A DNA stretch of 64,000 nt from Acidimicrobiales bacterium (GTDB lineage Bacteria > Actinomycetota > Acidimicrobiia > Acidimicrobiales > Aldehydirespiratoraceae), in the NCBI GenBank assembly GCA_965214945.1, contig OZ244029.1:2444868-2508867 (forward strand), given 5' to 3'. A program made the position numbers and the translations under genes. The notes under the pieces were generated by a model that did no database searches, was not told where the DNA came from, and saw only the letters and a program-made list of their open reading frames with translations. Positions 1 to 8,263 of the stretch are shown piece after piece; position 1 is the first letter of the stretch, and every line of letters begins with the position of its first letter.

Positions 1-1306
1 CCGCAGGCGCGGCGTGATCGTGGGCATTCTGGAGCAGCTCGGCGAGCACCACCGAGAGCGGCATCGCGACCTCACCGTCGACCGCTCCCGCCGTTCCGTC
101 CACGCGGATGCGCAGAGGCTTCTCCGCTGCGGTCAGGCCCTCTTCCACCATGCGCACCAACGGCGCGACGATCGCGTCAAAGTCCACCTCAGATGTGATG
201 TCCAGAGCTAGATGCTCATGCACCGTCGCGATCGACGAGATGCGCCGCACCGAGCTCTCCACGGCGGCTTTAGCCTCCGCGTTGCCGAGCCGACGCGCCT
301 GGAGGCGCAGCAGGGCGCTCACGGTCTGCAGATTGTTCTTCACGCGGTGGTGTATCTCACGGATGGTGGCGTCCTTGGAGACGAGGAGGCGGTCTCGGTG
401 GCGCAGCTCTGAGATGTCGCGTAGCAGCGCCACTGCGCCGGTGATGCGGTCGTCGGCGACAAACGGGAAGGAGCGGATCATCACCGTGACCCGCGATCCC
501 GCGTCGAACTCAGCCAGCGTGGAACGGCGGCGCCAGAACGAACGCCAGATGACCGTGTCGTCGAGGCCAAAAGCGCTGAGCGGGCTGCCCAGCACGGTCT
601 GGATCACGCCCAAGCGGCGCAGCGCGCTGTTGGCGTTCGGAGAGGCGTAGGTAATCCGGCCCTCGTAGTCGAGCACCATCACCCCGTCGCCGACTCTGGG
701 CTCCCGGAACTCGCCCAGTTGCTCAACTCGCTCGTAAGGAAGCGTGCCATCCGCAACCATCTGGGCGAACCGTTCATAAAGGCCGAGGTAGACGGTCTTC
801 AGCGGGTTGATATGCCGGTCACCGGCGGGGGCGGACTGGCGGGCCAGCACCGCTATCGGATCATCGCCGACGCGCACCGGCACGTAGTCCACCTCCAGTC
901 GAGCCTGCGGCGCGGCATCGTGCCAGGCACTGTCGACAGCGGCCTGATCGCCGAAATGGGCAGTTTCGGCGTGGCCGGACTCGCCGTCGGCCAACGCCGA
1001 GTTCAGCCACCTATTCGCATCGGCCGGAACACGCGCGCCCACTGGGTCGGAGATGTGAACGGTCGGGCCGGAGTTGGCACGCACATGCGCCAGCACCACG
1101 AAGCGCTCTGAGGCCTGAACCGGAGACGGCTCGACGCCAGCATCGGCGTACGCTGCGGCACCCGGCGCGCATGGCGCGTACAGGAGCAGATCCGAGAAGG
1201 ACAGATCAGCCAGGGGCGCCCATGCGGCCACCAGCCGGTGAAGGTGATCTATGGACCGCTCGTCGAGGTCCGTTAGCGTGCGGGCCAACTGCCCCAGGCC
1301 GACCAT
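1..1306 (-). CDS. pdtaS: PdtaS-like sensor histidine kinase (GAF/PAS-type N-terminus, HisKA_2 H-box). The C-terminus runs off the left edge of the window.
   Basis: Absent from the ORF track because there is no stop codon in the window. My reverse-strand translation from the ATG at 1306 reads MVGLGQLARTLTDLDERSIDHL... and continues to ...ATIREIHHRVKNNLQTVSALLRLQARRLG...TVHEHL. HHRVKNNLQ is the HisKA_2/PdtaS-type H-box. The plus-strand ORFs 108..650 and 719..1111 look like GC-shadow ORFs. Confidence 0.75.
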   Translation of the reverse strand, partial: MVGLGQLARTLTDLDERSIDHLHRLVAAWAPLADLSFSDLLLYAPCAPGAAAYADAGVEPSPVQASERFVVLAHVRANSGPTVHISDPVGARVPADANRWLNSALADGESGHAETAHFGDQAAVDSAWHDAAPQARLEVDYVPVRVGDDPIAVLARQSAPAGDRHINPLKTVYLGLYERFAQMVADGTLPYERVEQLGEFREPRVGDGVMVLDYEGRITYASPNANSALRRLGVIQTVLGSPLSAFGLDDTVIWRSFWRRRSTLAEFDAGSRVTVMIRSFPFVADDRITGAVALLRDISELRHRDRLLVSKDATIREIHHRVKNNLQTVSALLRLQARRLGNAEAKAAVESSVRRISSIATVHEHLALDITSEVDFDAIVAPLVRMVEEGLTAAEKPLRIRVDGTAGAVDGEVAMPLSVVLAELLQNAHDHAAPA

Positions 1307-1325
1307 CTCGGCCGTGTACCTGCGA

Positions 1326-1553
1326 TCAGCCGAACCCGATCGGGTGCGAACCGGACGGGCCGATCTCCACGTGAGTGATCCGCGACGTCGCCACGGCGAT
1401 CTCCCGCCCGGCGTCGTCGGTGAGCCACAGCACCGAGGTCTTACCGTCGAGGGCCTCTCCCACAGCGGTCTTGAGCGCTGTGCGGTCGACGCCCTCAGCC
1501 AGCGTCACAGCCAGATTCTGAGCGGTGTCAGATATTCCGATCCGTATCTCCAC
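1326..1553 (-). CDS. DUF3107 family protein (TB9.4-like small conserved actinobacterial protein)
   Basis: The track ORF is 1326..1592. The sequence VEIRIGISDTAQNLAVTL...ITHVEIG resembles the DUF3107 pattern (MEVKIGI...YVEIG). I place the start at the GTG at 1553, preceded by AGGAGGAG. Confidence 0.7.
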   Translation of the reverse strand: MEIRIGISDTAQNLAVTLAEGVDRTALKTAVGEALDGKTSVLWLTDDAGREIAVATSRITHVEIGPSGSHPIGFG

Positions 1554-1661
1554 AACTCCTCCTGTTCGCTGGTCGTCTGCCGCTGATCGCATGCTCGCTG
1601 GCTGTGCGCTGGCTGTGGTGACGCTTGCCTCGCTCTGTGCCGATGGGGGCAGGCGCGCCTC

Positions 1662-2801
1662 TCAGCGGATGACCAGCTCGGGATGCGTTCGCTTGGACGG
1701 ACTCTGCGCCTGTATCCAATCCGCCATTGCGGAGAACACCATCGACGCCTCCGACAGCGGATCGGCAGCCATGACGGGACGTCCGTGGTCGCTGCCCTCG
1801 CGCAAGGCGACGCTCATCGGCACCTGACCGATGAGTTTGACGCCGAGCCGGCTGGCGAGAGCGGCGCCGCCTCCCGAGCCGAATAGCAGGTAGCGCTTGC
1901 CGGAGTCGCCGGTGAACCACGACATGTTCTCGATAACGCCGCGCACCTTGATGTTGACCTTGCCGAACATGAAAGCGGAGCGCTGGGCCACCGTTTGCGC
2001 GGCCGGGTTGGGGGTGGTCACCACGTAGGCCTCGGCCCGGGGCAGGAACTGGGCCAGCGACAGTGAGATGTCTCCGGTGCCGGGCGGCAGATCGACCAGC
2101 AGGTAGTCGGGGTCGTCCCAGAACACGTCGGTGAGGAACTGCTCCAAGGCCTTGTGCAGCATCGGCCCCCGCCAGATCACCGGCTGGTCCTCCTGCGCGA
2201 AGAAGCCCATCGATATGCAACGAACGCCGTGCACCTCCGGCGGCACGATCATGTCGTCGATCACAACGGGCGCCCGGTTCACTCCGAGCATCCGAGGGAT
2301 CGAGAAGCCCCACACGTCGGCGTCCACCACCGCTGTCGACCGACCCCGGGCGGCGAGGGCGATGGCCAGGTTGGCGGTCACCGAGGATTTGCCGACCCCA
2401 CCCTTGCCCGAGGCGATCAGCAGCGTACGCGTGCGGTTGCCGGGCTGGGCGAAGGGAATCGCCCGCCCCTGGGCATGCCCGTGAGCGGGAGCGGAGCCTG
2501 CTGTGGCCGCAGGATTGCCGTGCAGCCTGGTGCGCAGCTCAGCCCGCTCGGCGTCGGTCATCACGGTGAAGTCGAGCGTCACGGCCGCTACACCGTCGAG
2601 GGCTAAGAGCGCGTCGCTGACCCTGTTTTGTATCTCGCTTCTCAGCGGACACCCGGCCACGGTGAGGGCTATGCGTACATCGACATGGCCGCCGTCCACA
2701 TCAGCACCGCGGTACATGCCGAGATCGACGATGCTGCGGTGCAGTTCGGGGTCTTCGACAGGGCGAAGAGCCTCTTGAATCTGTGCTTCGGTGACGGCCA
2801 C
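1662..2801 (-). CDS. mrp: Mrp/ApbC-type Fe-S cluster carrier ATPase
   Basis: 379 aa. It has an N-terminal DUF59-like segment (EALRPVEDPELHRSIVDLGM) and a deviant Walker A motif, SGKGGVGKSS. Confidence 0.9.
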   Translation of the reverse strand: MAVTEAQIQEALRPVEDPELHRSIVDLGMYRGADVDGGHVDVRIALTVAGCPLRSEIQNRVSDALLALDGVAAVTLDFTVMTDAERAELRTRLHGNPAATAGSAPAHGHAQGRAIPFAQPGNRTRTLLIASGKGGVGKSSVTANLAIALAARGRSTAVVDADVWGFSIPRMLGVNRAPVVIDDMIVPPEVHGVRCISMGFFAQEDQPVIWRGPMLHKALEQFLTDVFWDDPDYLLVDLPPGTGDISLSLAQFLPRAEAYVVTTPNPAAQTVAQRSAFMFGKVNIKVRGVIENMSWFTGDSGKRYLLFGSGGGAALASRLGVKLIGQVPMSVALREGSDHGRPVMAADPLSEASMVFSAMADWIQAQSPSKRTHPELVIR

Positions 2802-2850
2802 GTGCTCAGGCTAACGGCGAGCGGACGGTGCTCGGATGGCCCTGTTGCTG

Positions 2851-2980
2851 AAGTGGCCGAGGCTATGACCACCCGGTTAGGGGATCAGGTCGGGGCTATG
2901 ACCGCCCGCGTTTCGAGATGGAGGGTCGGTGCTGTGACCGCCCGGTCCTGAGATGGGGGGCGGGGCTATGATCGACTGAT
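2851..2980. repeat. Four tandem direct repeats with a period of about 34 bp and core GCT(A/G)TGA(C/T)C(G/A)CCCG
   Basis: The cores start at 2862, 2895, 2931 and 2965 (spacings 33, 36 and 34 bp). They lie in the 177-bp divergent intergenic region between mrp and the phosphatase gene. The last copy abuts the ATG at 2979. Confidence 0.8.
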
Positions 2981-3476
2981 GCTTCATTTGGTGCGTCACG
3001 CGCTGGCTGGAAGCCGTCCCGCTTGGACGGGCGACGATTTTCAGCGGCCTCTGGACTCCGTAGGGCGGGCCCAGGCGCGCGCTATCGGCGCCGAGCTGAG
3101 CGGCCGGCCTGTGAAGCGGATCCTGTCGAGCCCGGCGCTGCGTTGCACCGACACCGTGGCGCCTCTGGCGCAGACGCTGGGACTGGAGATCGAGACGGTA
3201 GACGAACTGGCAGAGGGCGCCTCGACCGCTCGGACTCTCGACCTGCTCTCGGAGCTGGCCACAAGCGTTGGCGATTCTGTGCTGTGCAGCCACGGCGACG
3301 TGATTCCGGGCGTGATATGGGCGCTGTCGCGAACCGGTCTGGTGATTCCCGACCGGCACCGCTGCAAGAAAGCTTCCATCTGGGAGCTGGCAGTGACCAG
3401 CCATCGCTCAATCGGAAGCATCGTGTCGGGTGCCCGCTACCGGCATCCCAGAGACTTCGGCGCTAATTTCGCCTGA
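2979..3476 (+). CDS. Histidine phosphatase superfamily protein (SixA-like)
   Basis: 165 aa. The N-terminal LHLVRHA motif (RHG/RHA catalytic motif) and the small size fit the SixA / phosphohistidine phosphatase branch. Confidence 0.7.
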   Translation: MLHLVRHALAGSRPAWTGDDFQRPLDSVGRAQARAIGAELSGRPVKRILSSPALRCTDTVAPLAQTLGLEIETVDELAEGASTARTLDLLSELATSVGDSVLCSHGDVIPGVIWALSRTGLVIPDRHRCKKASIWELAVTSHRSIGSIVSGARYRHPRDFGANFA

Positions 3477-3541
3477 TGAGCCGACCAGCCTCCGCGTAAG
3501 GATTGACAACAGCGCTGGTGCCCTGCTCAGACAAATGGTGT

Positions 3542-3579
3542 GTTGAGATCGGCAATCGTCACGGAGAGACGATCTCAAC
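3542..3579. terminator. Perfect 10-bp inverted repeat (GTTGAGATCG ... CGATCTCAAC) between convergent genes; possible bidirectional terminator
   Basis: The arms are at 3542-3551 and 3570-3579 with an 18-nt loop. The repeat overlaps the last codons of the DUF3179 gene. There is no clear U-tract. Confidence 0.3.
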
Positions 3580-4920
3580 GGCCGGGTCGAAGGCTGCCAC
3601 AGCGAACCAGAAGGCGTCTAGATGCTCGACCGGTTCGAGGCTGCTTGCTCGGTCTGTGCCAGCGGGATCGGTGGGATCAGCGGCGGGGTGGCCCAAGATG
3701 TTGAAGACGATGCCGGTGGATGTGTCGATGAAGCCTCCGCCATCGAACGGTTCGAGCGCAAAAGGCCCAGCTGGGCGAACGAAGACGCCGGCCGCGCCCA
3801 CGTCGCGGCCCTCGGAGATGCGACCAGCGTCAAGGGCGCTGGTCGTGCCCGGCTCGTACAAGGCGACCAGGTCCTGCCCGCCCGCGGTGAACATCACCAC
3901 CCGCAACTCGGCCAGAACTTCGTAGGGGATCGCCACCGTCGGGCCGTCGCCCCGCACGGACAGCACCCGAGTCATGGGAGCGAGGCGATCATCAAACGAG
4001 CCGCCGTACAGGAAAGGAACGCGGCTGGGATGGTCGTAGCCGACGTAGGGGTTGCTGCCGTAGTTCCGGCGATGGCCTGTGTCGGAACTCAGCACCGCCC
4101 CGTCAGGATGCGCCGTCGCGAACGCCTCGAAAGAGACGGTCTGCATGGGGAAGAAGTCAAGCTGTTCGCCGGTGAGGTGACCGGCCACGGCCTGACCGGT
4201 GAAGTGCGACCACAGGCTCTCGGTCTGGCGGTCGTACATCACCAGCGAGGAGTTGAGCAGCTCGCCTGAGGTACCGAAGTCGAGGATGCGGCCAGCGACT
4301 CGGCGGTCGTACGCCACCGCGGAGTTGCACAGCGGGCAGTAGGAGACGGTCACCGGCGCCCCGCCTACCGTGCCGTTGACGAGTTCGTGCCAGGTCATGA
4401 TCTGCAGCGGGTAGGCGCGGGCGTCTCCGCCGATTTCCAAGGCGAGCACCGGCTCTTGCGGCTCCAGCCAGTCCACCGTGCCCACAGGCTCGAACCGGGG
4501 ATGCTCCAGCGCGGGGATGGCGTCGGGAGGCACCCCGCCGGAGCGGATCTCGCCCAGATCGACGAGCGGGTCGGGGTGATCCGGGTTGTCGCGGTCGCGC
4601 AGGGCACTGGGCACGTCTTCACGAGGCGTGGACTCGACCGTCTCCGGTGGCGCGGCCGGCAACTCATCGGCGTCGGCGCCTGTCGTAGGTGAATCTCCAG
4701 CGGCAGAGTCTTCAGCCGCTGGCGGAGAATCGCCTGACGCCGATACCGAAGGTTCGGGCTCTTGTGATTCGGCGGTGATGCCCTGAGAGGCGTCTTCGGA
4801 GGACGATGATGAGCCGCAGCCGGCCCCTATCAGCAGGGCCACAGCCACCGCAACGCCCAGCTGTCGTCTGAAAGCACTCTCGCGCCCTAAGCCGTGCTGC
4901 GACAATGCCATAGCGGACAA
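3559..4920 (-). CDS. DUF3179 domain lipoprotein
   Basis: 453 aa. It has a signal peptide with a lipobox-like LIGAGC and a low-complexity S/E/P/A linker. The domain contains YPLQIMTWHELVNGTVGGAPVTVSYCPLCNSAV, typical of DUF3179. Confidence 0.75.
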   Translation of the reverse strand: MSAMALSQHGLGRESAFRRQLGVAVAVALLIGAGCGSSSSSEDASQGITAESQEPEPSVSASGDSPPAAEDSAAGDSPTTGADADELPAAPPETVESTPREDVPSALRDRDNPDHPDPLVDLGEIRSGGVPPDAIPALEHPRFEPVGTVDWLEPQEPVLALEIGGDARAYPLQIMTWHELVNGTVGGAPVTVSYCPLCNSAVAYDRRVAGRILDFGTSGELLNSSLVMYDRQTESLWSHFTGQAVAGHLTGEQLDFFPMQTVSFEAFATAHPDGAVLSSDTGHRRNYGSNPYVGYDHPSRVPFLYGGSFDDRLAPMTRVLSVRGDGPTVAIPYEVLAELRVVMFTAGGQDLVALYEPGTTSALDAGRISEGRDVGAAGVFVRPAGPFALEPFDGGGFIDTSTGIVFNILGHPAADPTDPAGTDRASSLEPVEHLDAFWFAVAAFDPAVEIVSP

Positions 4921-4997
4921 CCTAACTTGGCAGGGCCGTGCTCGGACCCGCCCAGAGGGGAGCAGACCATGAATTCAAAGAAAGAGCAGAGGAGACC

Positions 4998-5984
4998 ATG
5001 AACTCCGCTGACGGCATTCTCGGCGCCCGCCATCCTGCCTCGGAGGCCGCTGCTGCTGTCGGCGACGCTCTCAACGCGCGAGTGCTCGAGCCCAGCCCTC
5101 CGTCCGTCACCGAGGCGCCGTTCTGGGCCGACGACCCGGCCCATCCCCAACCCGCCGATGGCCGTCCGGTGGTGACGCCCCACTCCGGCGGCGACCTCAC
5201 CTGGGACGAACTGATCCAAGAGCGCCCCGAGTTGGCCGGCTTCGCCGCCGACCGCTGGCTCGGGGCCCGGCGGCCGCTGCCCCCGTTGCCGTCGGACTAC
5301 CCGGCTGCGCTGTTCGACCTCCACCGTCTGGCCTATTCGGTGGTGGCCGAGACCCGCTACCGAGTGAACGGCAAGTTCGGGCTGCGCTACACGATGGGCG
5401 GGTTCGGCACGCCGTTCTTCGGAAACGACACTCAGGTGCGGGTGGCCGACGGCCGACTCGTGGTGCAGGAGGCGGGGCGGGCCCGCTCGACTGCGATCAG
5501 CACGCTGCGCGAGGCGGCCGAGTTCGCCGGAATAGCGCCGGGGACGGTCGCGGCCGAACACGACAGCCCAGAAATCGGCGACCTTGACCGACACCTGGAC
5601 GCCAGGCCTGAGGTGTGCGACTTCCTGGGTGCCTGGTTCGGACTGGCCTTCGCCGTGCTGGAGGAGCTGAGGTTCACACCCGACGTCACCGACCCAGAGC
5701 GGGTGCAGCTGTGGCCCGGCCATTTCGACGCCGCCATGGCTGTCGGCGACGCTGATGCCGGGCTGCGGGCCACTTACGGCTTCTCCCCCGGCGACCGCGA
5801 CCACTCCGAGCCCTACGTTTACGTGGCAGCCTGGGGCGGCATAGACCGCTCAGACCCGTTCTGGAACGATCCGAGCTTCAACGGGGCGTCGCTGACGTTC
5901 AGCCGCCTCGCGGCGGGCACCGAACACTGCGGGTCTGCCCTCGAGTTCCTGCGAGCCGGCTACGCCCGCCTCAACAGCGGCTGA
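4998..5984 (+). CDS. Conserved hypothetical protein
   Basis: The track ORF is 4938..5984. I prefer the ATG at 4998 (MNSADGILG), preceded by AGAGGAG. Using 4938 would leave only 18 bp to the divergent gene start at 4920. Codon composition looks protein-like, but I recognise no family. Confidence 0.6.
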   Translation: MNSADGILGARHPASEAAAAVGDALNARVLEPSPPSVTEAPFWADDPAHPQPADGRPVVTPHSGGDLTWDELIQERPELAGFAADRWLGARRPLPPLPSDYPAALFDLHRLAYSVVAETRYRVNGKFGLRYTMGGFGTPFFGNDTQVRVADGRLVVQEAGRARSTAISTLREAAEFAGIAPGTVAAEHDSPEIGDLDRHLDARPEVCDFLGAWFGLAFAVLEELRFTPDVTDPERVQLWPGHFDAAMAVGDADAGLRATYGFSPGDRDHSEPYVYVAAWGGIDRSDPFWNDPSFNGASLTFSRLAAGTEHCGSALEFLRAGYARLNSG

Positions 5985-6041
5985 GCTGTACGAGCGGCCG
6001 CAGCGCAGAACCCCGGGTCGATCGCCCACCCGCTCTCAACA

Positions 6042-6069
6042 GCGGCTGAGCCTTTTGAGCCTCAGCCGC
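6042..6069. terminator. Hairpin with a perfect 9-bp stem (GCGGCTGAG / CTCAGCCGC) and a 10-nt loop between convergent genes
   Basis: It lies 58 nt downstream of the stop at 5984 and 90 nt downstream of the ccmH stop on the other strand. There is no U-tract. Confidence 0.35.
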
Positions 6070-6158
6070 CAAAGCGAACGGGGCCGGCGGCGCGCTCCGC
6101 TGGGATCGCCGCCCTACTCTGAGTGTCGGGACGCTCGGAGCTGTCAGGGCGCCCAGGA

Positions 6159-7643
6159 TCACTCGGGGCTGGCAGAGTTCTGCTCGGGGTTGAGGGCAGT
6201 GCGCAGGCCGTAGGCCTCGATCAGGGTGACGAGCCCGGCAGGACGGTCCGGCAGAGCGTCGAACGCGGCCAGGTCGGCTCGGGCCGCGGTGACGTCGTCA
6301 CGGGCGGGATCTCCGCGCTGGTGCAGGGCAAACGCCCGGTACACCAGAGCTTCGGGATGGGCCTCCTCGACAGTCAGGGCGGCGTCGAGGAACTCGATGC
6401 CGCGCTCGAGCAGCTCCGGGTCGCCGGTGCGGGCGATGAGCCAGCCCCGGCCCGCAAGCGCCGCCGGGTCGTCCGGGCGGTCGGCCAGCATCCAGTCGAG
6501 CAGCCGCACACCGTCCAGAAGCCGGCCTTCGGCGGCAAGGCCCTCCGCCGCGGCCAACACCTCTGCGACGGCCAGGCCGGAATCTTCGAACGCGGTGTCG
6601 CTGTCGGCGTCGAACACTGCGAGCACCTTGGCCGCCGCGGTGGCGTTGACGGCCGCGGCAATCCGCTCGCGCAACCGGGCCTCAGCGATCAGCGACTCGG
6701 CGAAGGCGGGCGGATCAAGCGAGTCGAAAACTGCCAGCTCGGCCGCGGCCCGGGCCGCGTCACCACTGTCGAGAGCCACGATGGCCCGGAACAGGCGTGC
6801 GTCGGGATAGTCGGGGTCGGTGGCGATGGCGTCTTCGAGGTATTCGGCTGCTGCTGCGTGGTCGCCCGAGCGCGACGTGAGCCAGCCGCGATAGGTGAGA
6901 GCCTCCGCGTTGGAGGGCTGAAGATCGAGAGCCTGGTCGTAGAGGTCGACGGCGCCGGCCATGTCGCCGGCGGCGAGCGCGGACTGGGCCTCGAAGATCA
7001 GCTGGCGGGTGCTAGACCGGATTCCGCCGGTGATCGAGGAATCCGCGCCGCGGCTTCCCGAGGTGCGGGCCACCAGTACCCCGGCGGCTCCGGCGACCAG
7101 CCCGACAGTGATAGTCCACCCGACCGCGGCTCGCCATCTGCGGCCGAAAACGCGGCGATGCAGGCGGCGTCTGAGACCAGCCTCCGAGCCGGGCGCCTCC
7201 GCCTGCTCAGACTGTTCGGCCTGTTTCGGCAGCCTGTCACGCGCCGACCGCGACCCGGATGCGCTCCGCCGCAGCATCAGCACCGGAACCGCAGCGATGC
7301 CCGCGGCCGCCACGACAGGCAGCACCCACACGAGACTGTCGAAGCCGGTCGCCGCCGGGTTGTAGTCGATGTCGTCGTATGCGGCCGTCAGCTGATCGCG
7401 GATGTACCCGTCGGTTCGGCCCTCGTCCACCCAAACCGCGATCTGGCGCCGTATCTCGCGGGCGACCGGCACGTCGCTTTCGGCCACCGACTGCCCGGCG
7501 CAGACCGGGCACGCGAAGTCCTGGGCCAGTTCGTGGGCGCGGTCGGCGTTGGTGCGCGGCGGCGGGGCGTCAAGCGCGCCATAAAGGAAAGCTGCAGCGG
7601 CCAAAGCCGCGCACGCCGCCCAACTGATGGTTCGCAACTTCAC
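6159..7643 (-). CDS. ccmH: Cytochrome c-type biogenesis protein CcmH fused to a TPR (CcmI-like) domain
   Basis: 494 aa. The N-terminal DFACPVCAGQSVAESDVPVAREIRRQI matches the CcmH CxxC motif region. This is followed by a TM segment and a long Ala/Leu-rich, TPR-like C-terminal half. Confidence 0.8.
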   Translation of the reverse strand: MKLRTISWAACAALAAAAFLYGALDAPPPRTNADRAHELAQDFACPVCAGQSVAESDVPVAREIRRQIAVWVDEGRTDGYIRDQLTAAYDDIDYNPAATGFDSLVWVLPVVAAAGIAAVPVLMLRRSASGSRSARDRLPKQAEQSEQAEAPGSEAGLRRRLHRRVFGRRWRAAVGWTITVGLVAGAAGVLVARTSGSRGADSSITGGIRSSTRQLIFEAQSALAAGDMAGAVDLYDQALDLQPSNAEALTYRGWLTSRSGDHAAAAEYLEDAIATDPDYPDARLFRAIVALDSGDAARAAAELAVFDSLDPPAFAESLIAEARLRERIAAAVNATAAAKVLAVFDADSDTAFEDSGLAVAEVLAAAEGLAAEGRLLDGVRLLDWMLADRPDDPAALAGRGWLIARTGDPELLERGIEFLDAALTVEEAHPEALVYRAFALHQRGDPARDDVTAARADLAAFDALPDRPAGLVTLIEAYGLRTALNPEQNSASPE

Positions 7644-8263
7644 GGCGTCTGCGCGGAATCGAGCAGCTCGGCGATCACGGCGTCGATCCCGTCTGCGGTG
7701 ACGCCGCCCAGCTGTTTGAACACGACCACTCCGGAGGGCGCCACCAGGTACGACTCGGGCACGCCGGTGACGCCGTAGCCGACCGCCGCCGCGCCGGCGC
7801 CCTCCGCGAGCACCGGCCAGTCGCCGCCGTTAGCCGCGAAGAAGTCCCTCACATCGGCTGGGCTGTCATCGAACACCACGGACACCACTTCGGCCTCTGC
7901 GGCGCTCCGCTCGCTGAACGCCACCAGTTCGGGGTGCTCAATCACACAGGGCACGCAAGCAGTGGAGAAGAAGTTGACCAGCACCCACCTGCCGCGCCAG
8001 TCGTCGATGTCGAACGGCTCGCCTTCCACGGTGACGCCCGTCACCGGCGGTGTCAGGGCGCCCAGGACGCCGCCGGAGGCGTTGCGCTCCGCACCGGAGT
8101 CGCGTGTGGCCAGCAGCGCGACCAGAAGAACAGCCGCCGCGGCCACGGGAAGCACCGTCCACACGATGCGCCCGCGGGCGCCTTCCACAGTCGCGCCGCG
8201 ATCCTCCTTGTTCGAGTCTTGGACGCCCTTGTCGCGGTCTTGGCCGACGCGGTTCTCAGGCAT
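7640..8263 (-). CDS. ccmG: Thiol:disulfide oxidoreductase CcmG/DsbE/ResA-type (thioredoxin fold)
   Basis: 207 aa. It has an N-terminal TM anchor and the motif FFSTACVPCVIEHPEL (CxxC). It overlaps ccmF (8 nt) and ccmH (4 nt). Confidence 0.8.
   Translation of the reverse strand: MPENRVGQDRDKGVQDSNKEDRGATVEGARGRIVWTVLPVAAAAVLLVALLATRDSGAERNASGGVLGALTPPVTGVTVEGEPFDIDDWRGRWVLVNFFSTACVPCVIEHPELVAFSERSAAEAEVVSVVFDDSPADVRDFFAANGGDWPVLAEGAGAAAVGYGVTGVPESYLVAPSGVVVFKQLGGVTADGIDAVIAELLDSAQTP

Noticed and set aside
6123-7778. Long plus-strand ORF (551 aa) antisense to ccmH. The same phenomenon occurs at 9792..10982, 16924..18207, 33717..34949, 36112..38277, 39156..40154, 52327..53265 and 55187..56500.
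   Set aside because: Their composition is Arg/Gly/Pro/Ala-rich and low-complexity, typical of GC-shadow frames. Each lies opposite a gene with clear family motifs, and I recognise no motifs in them.
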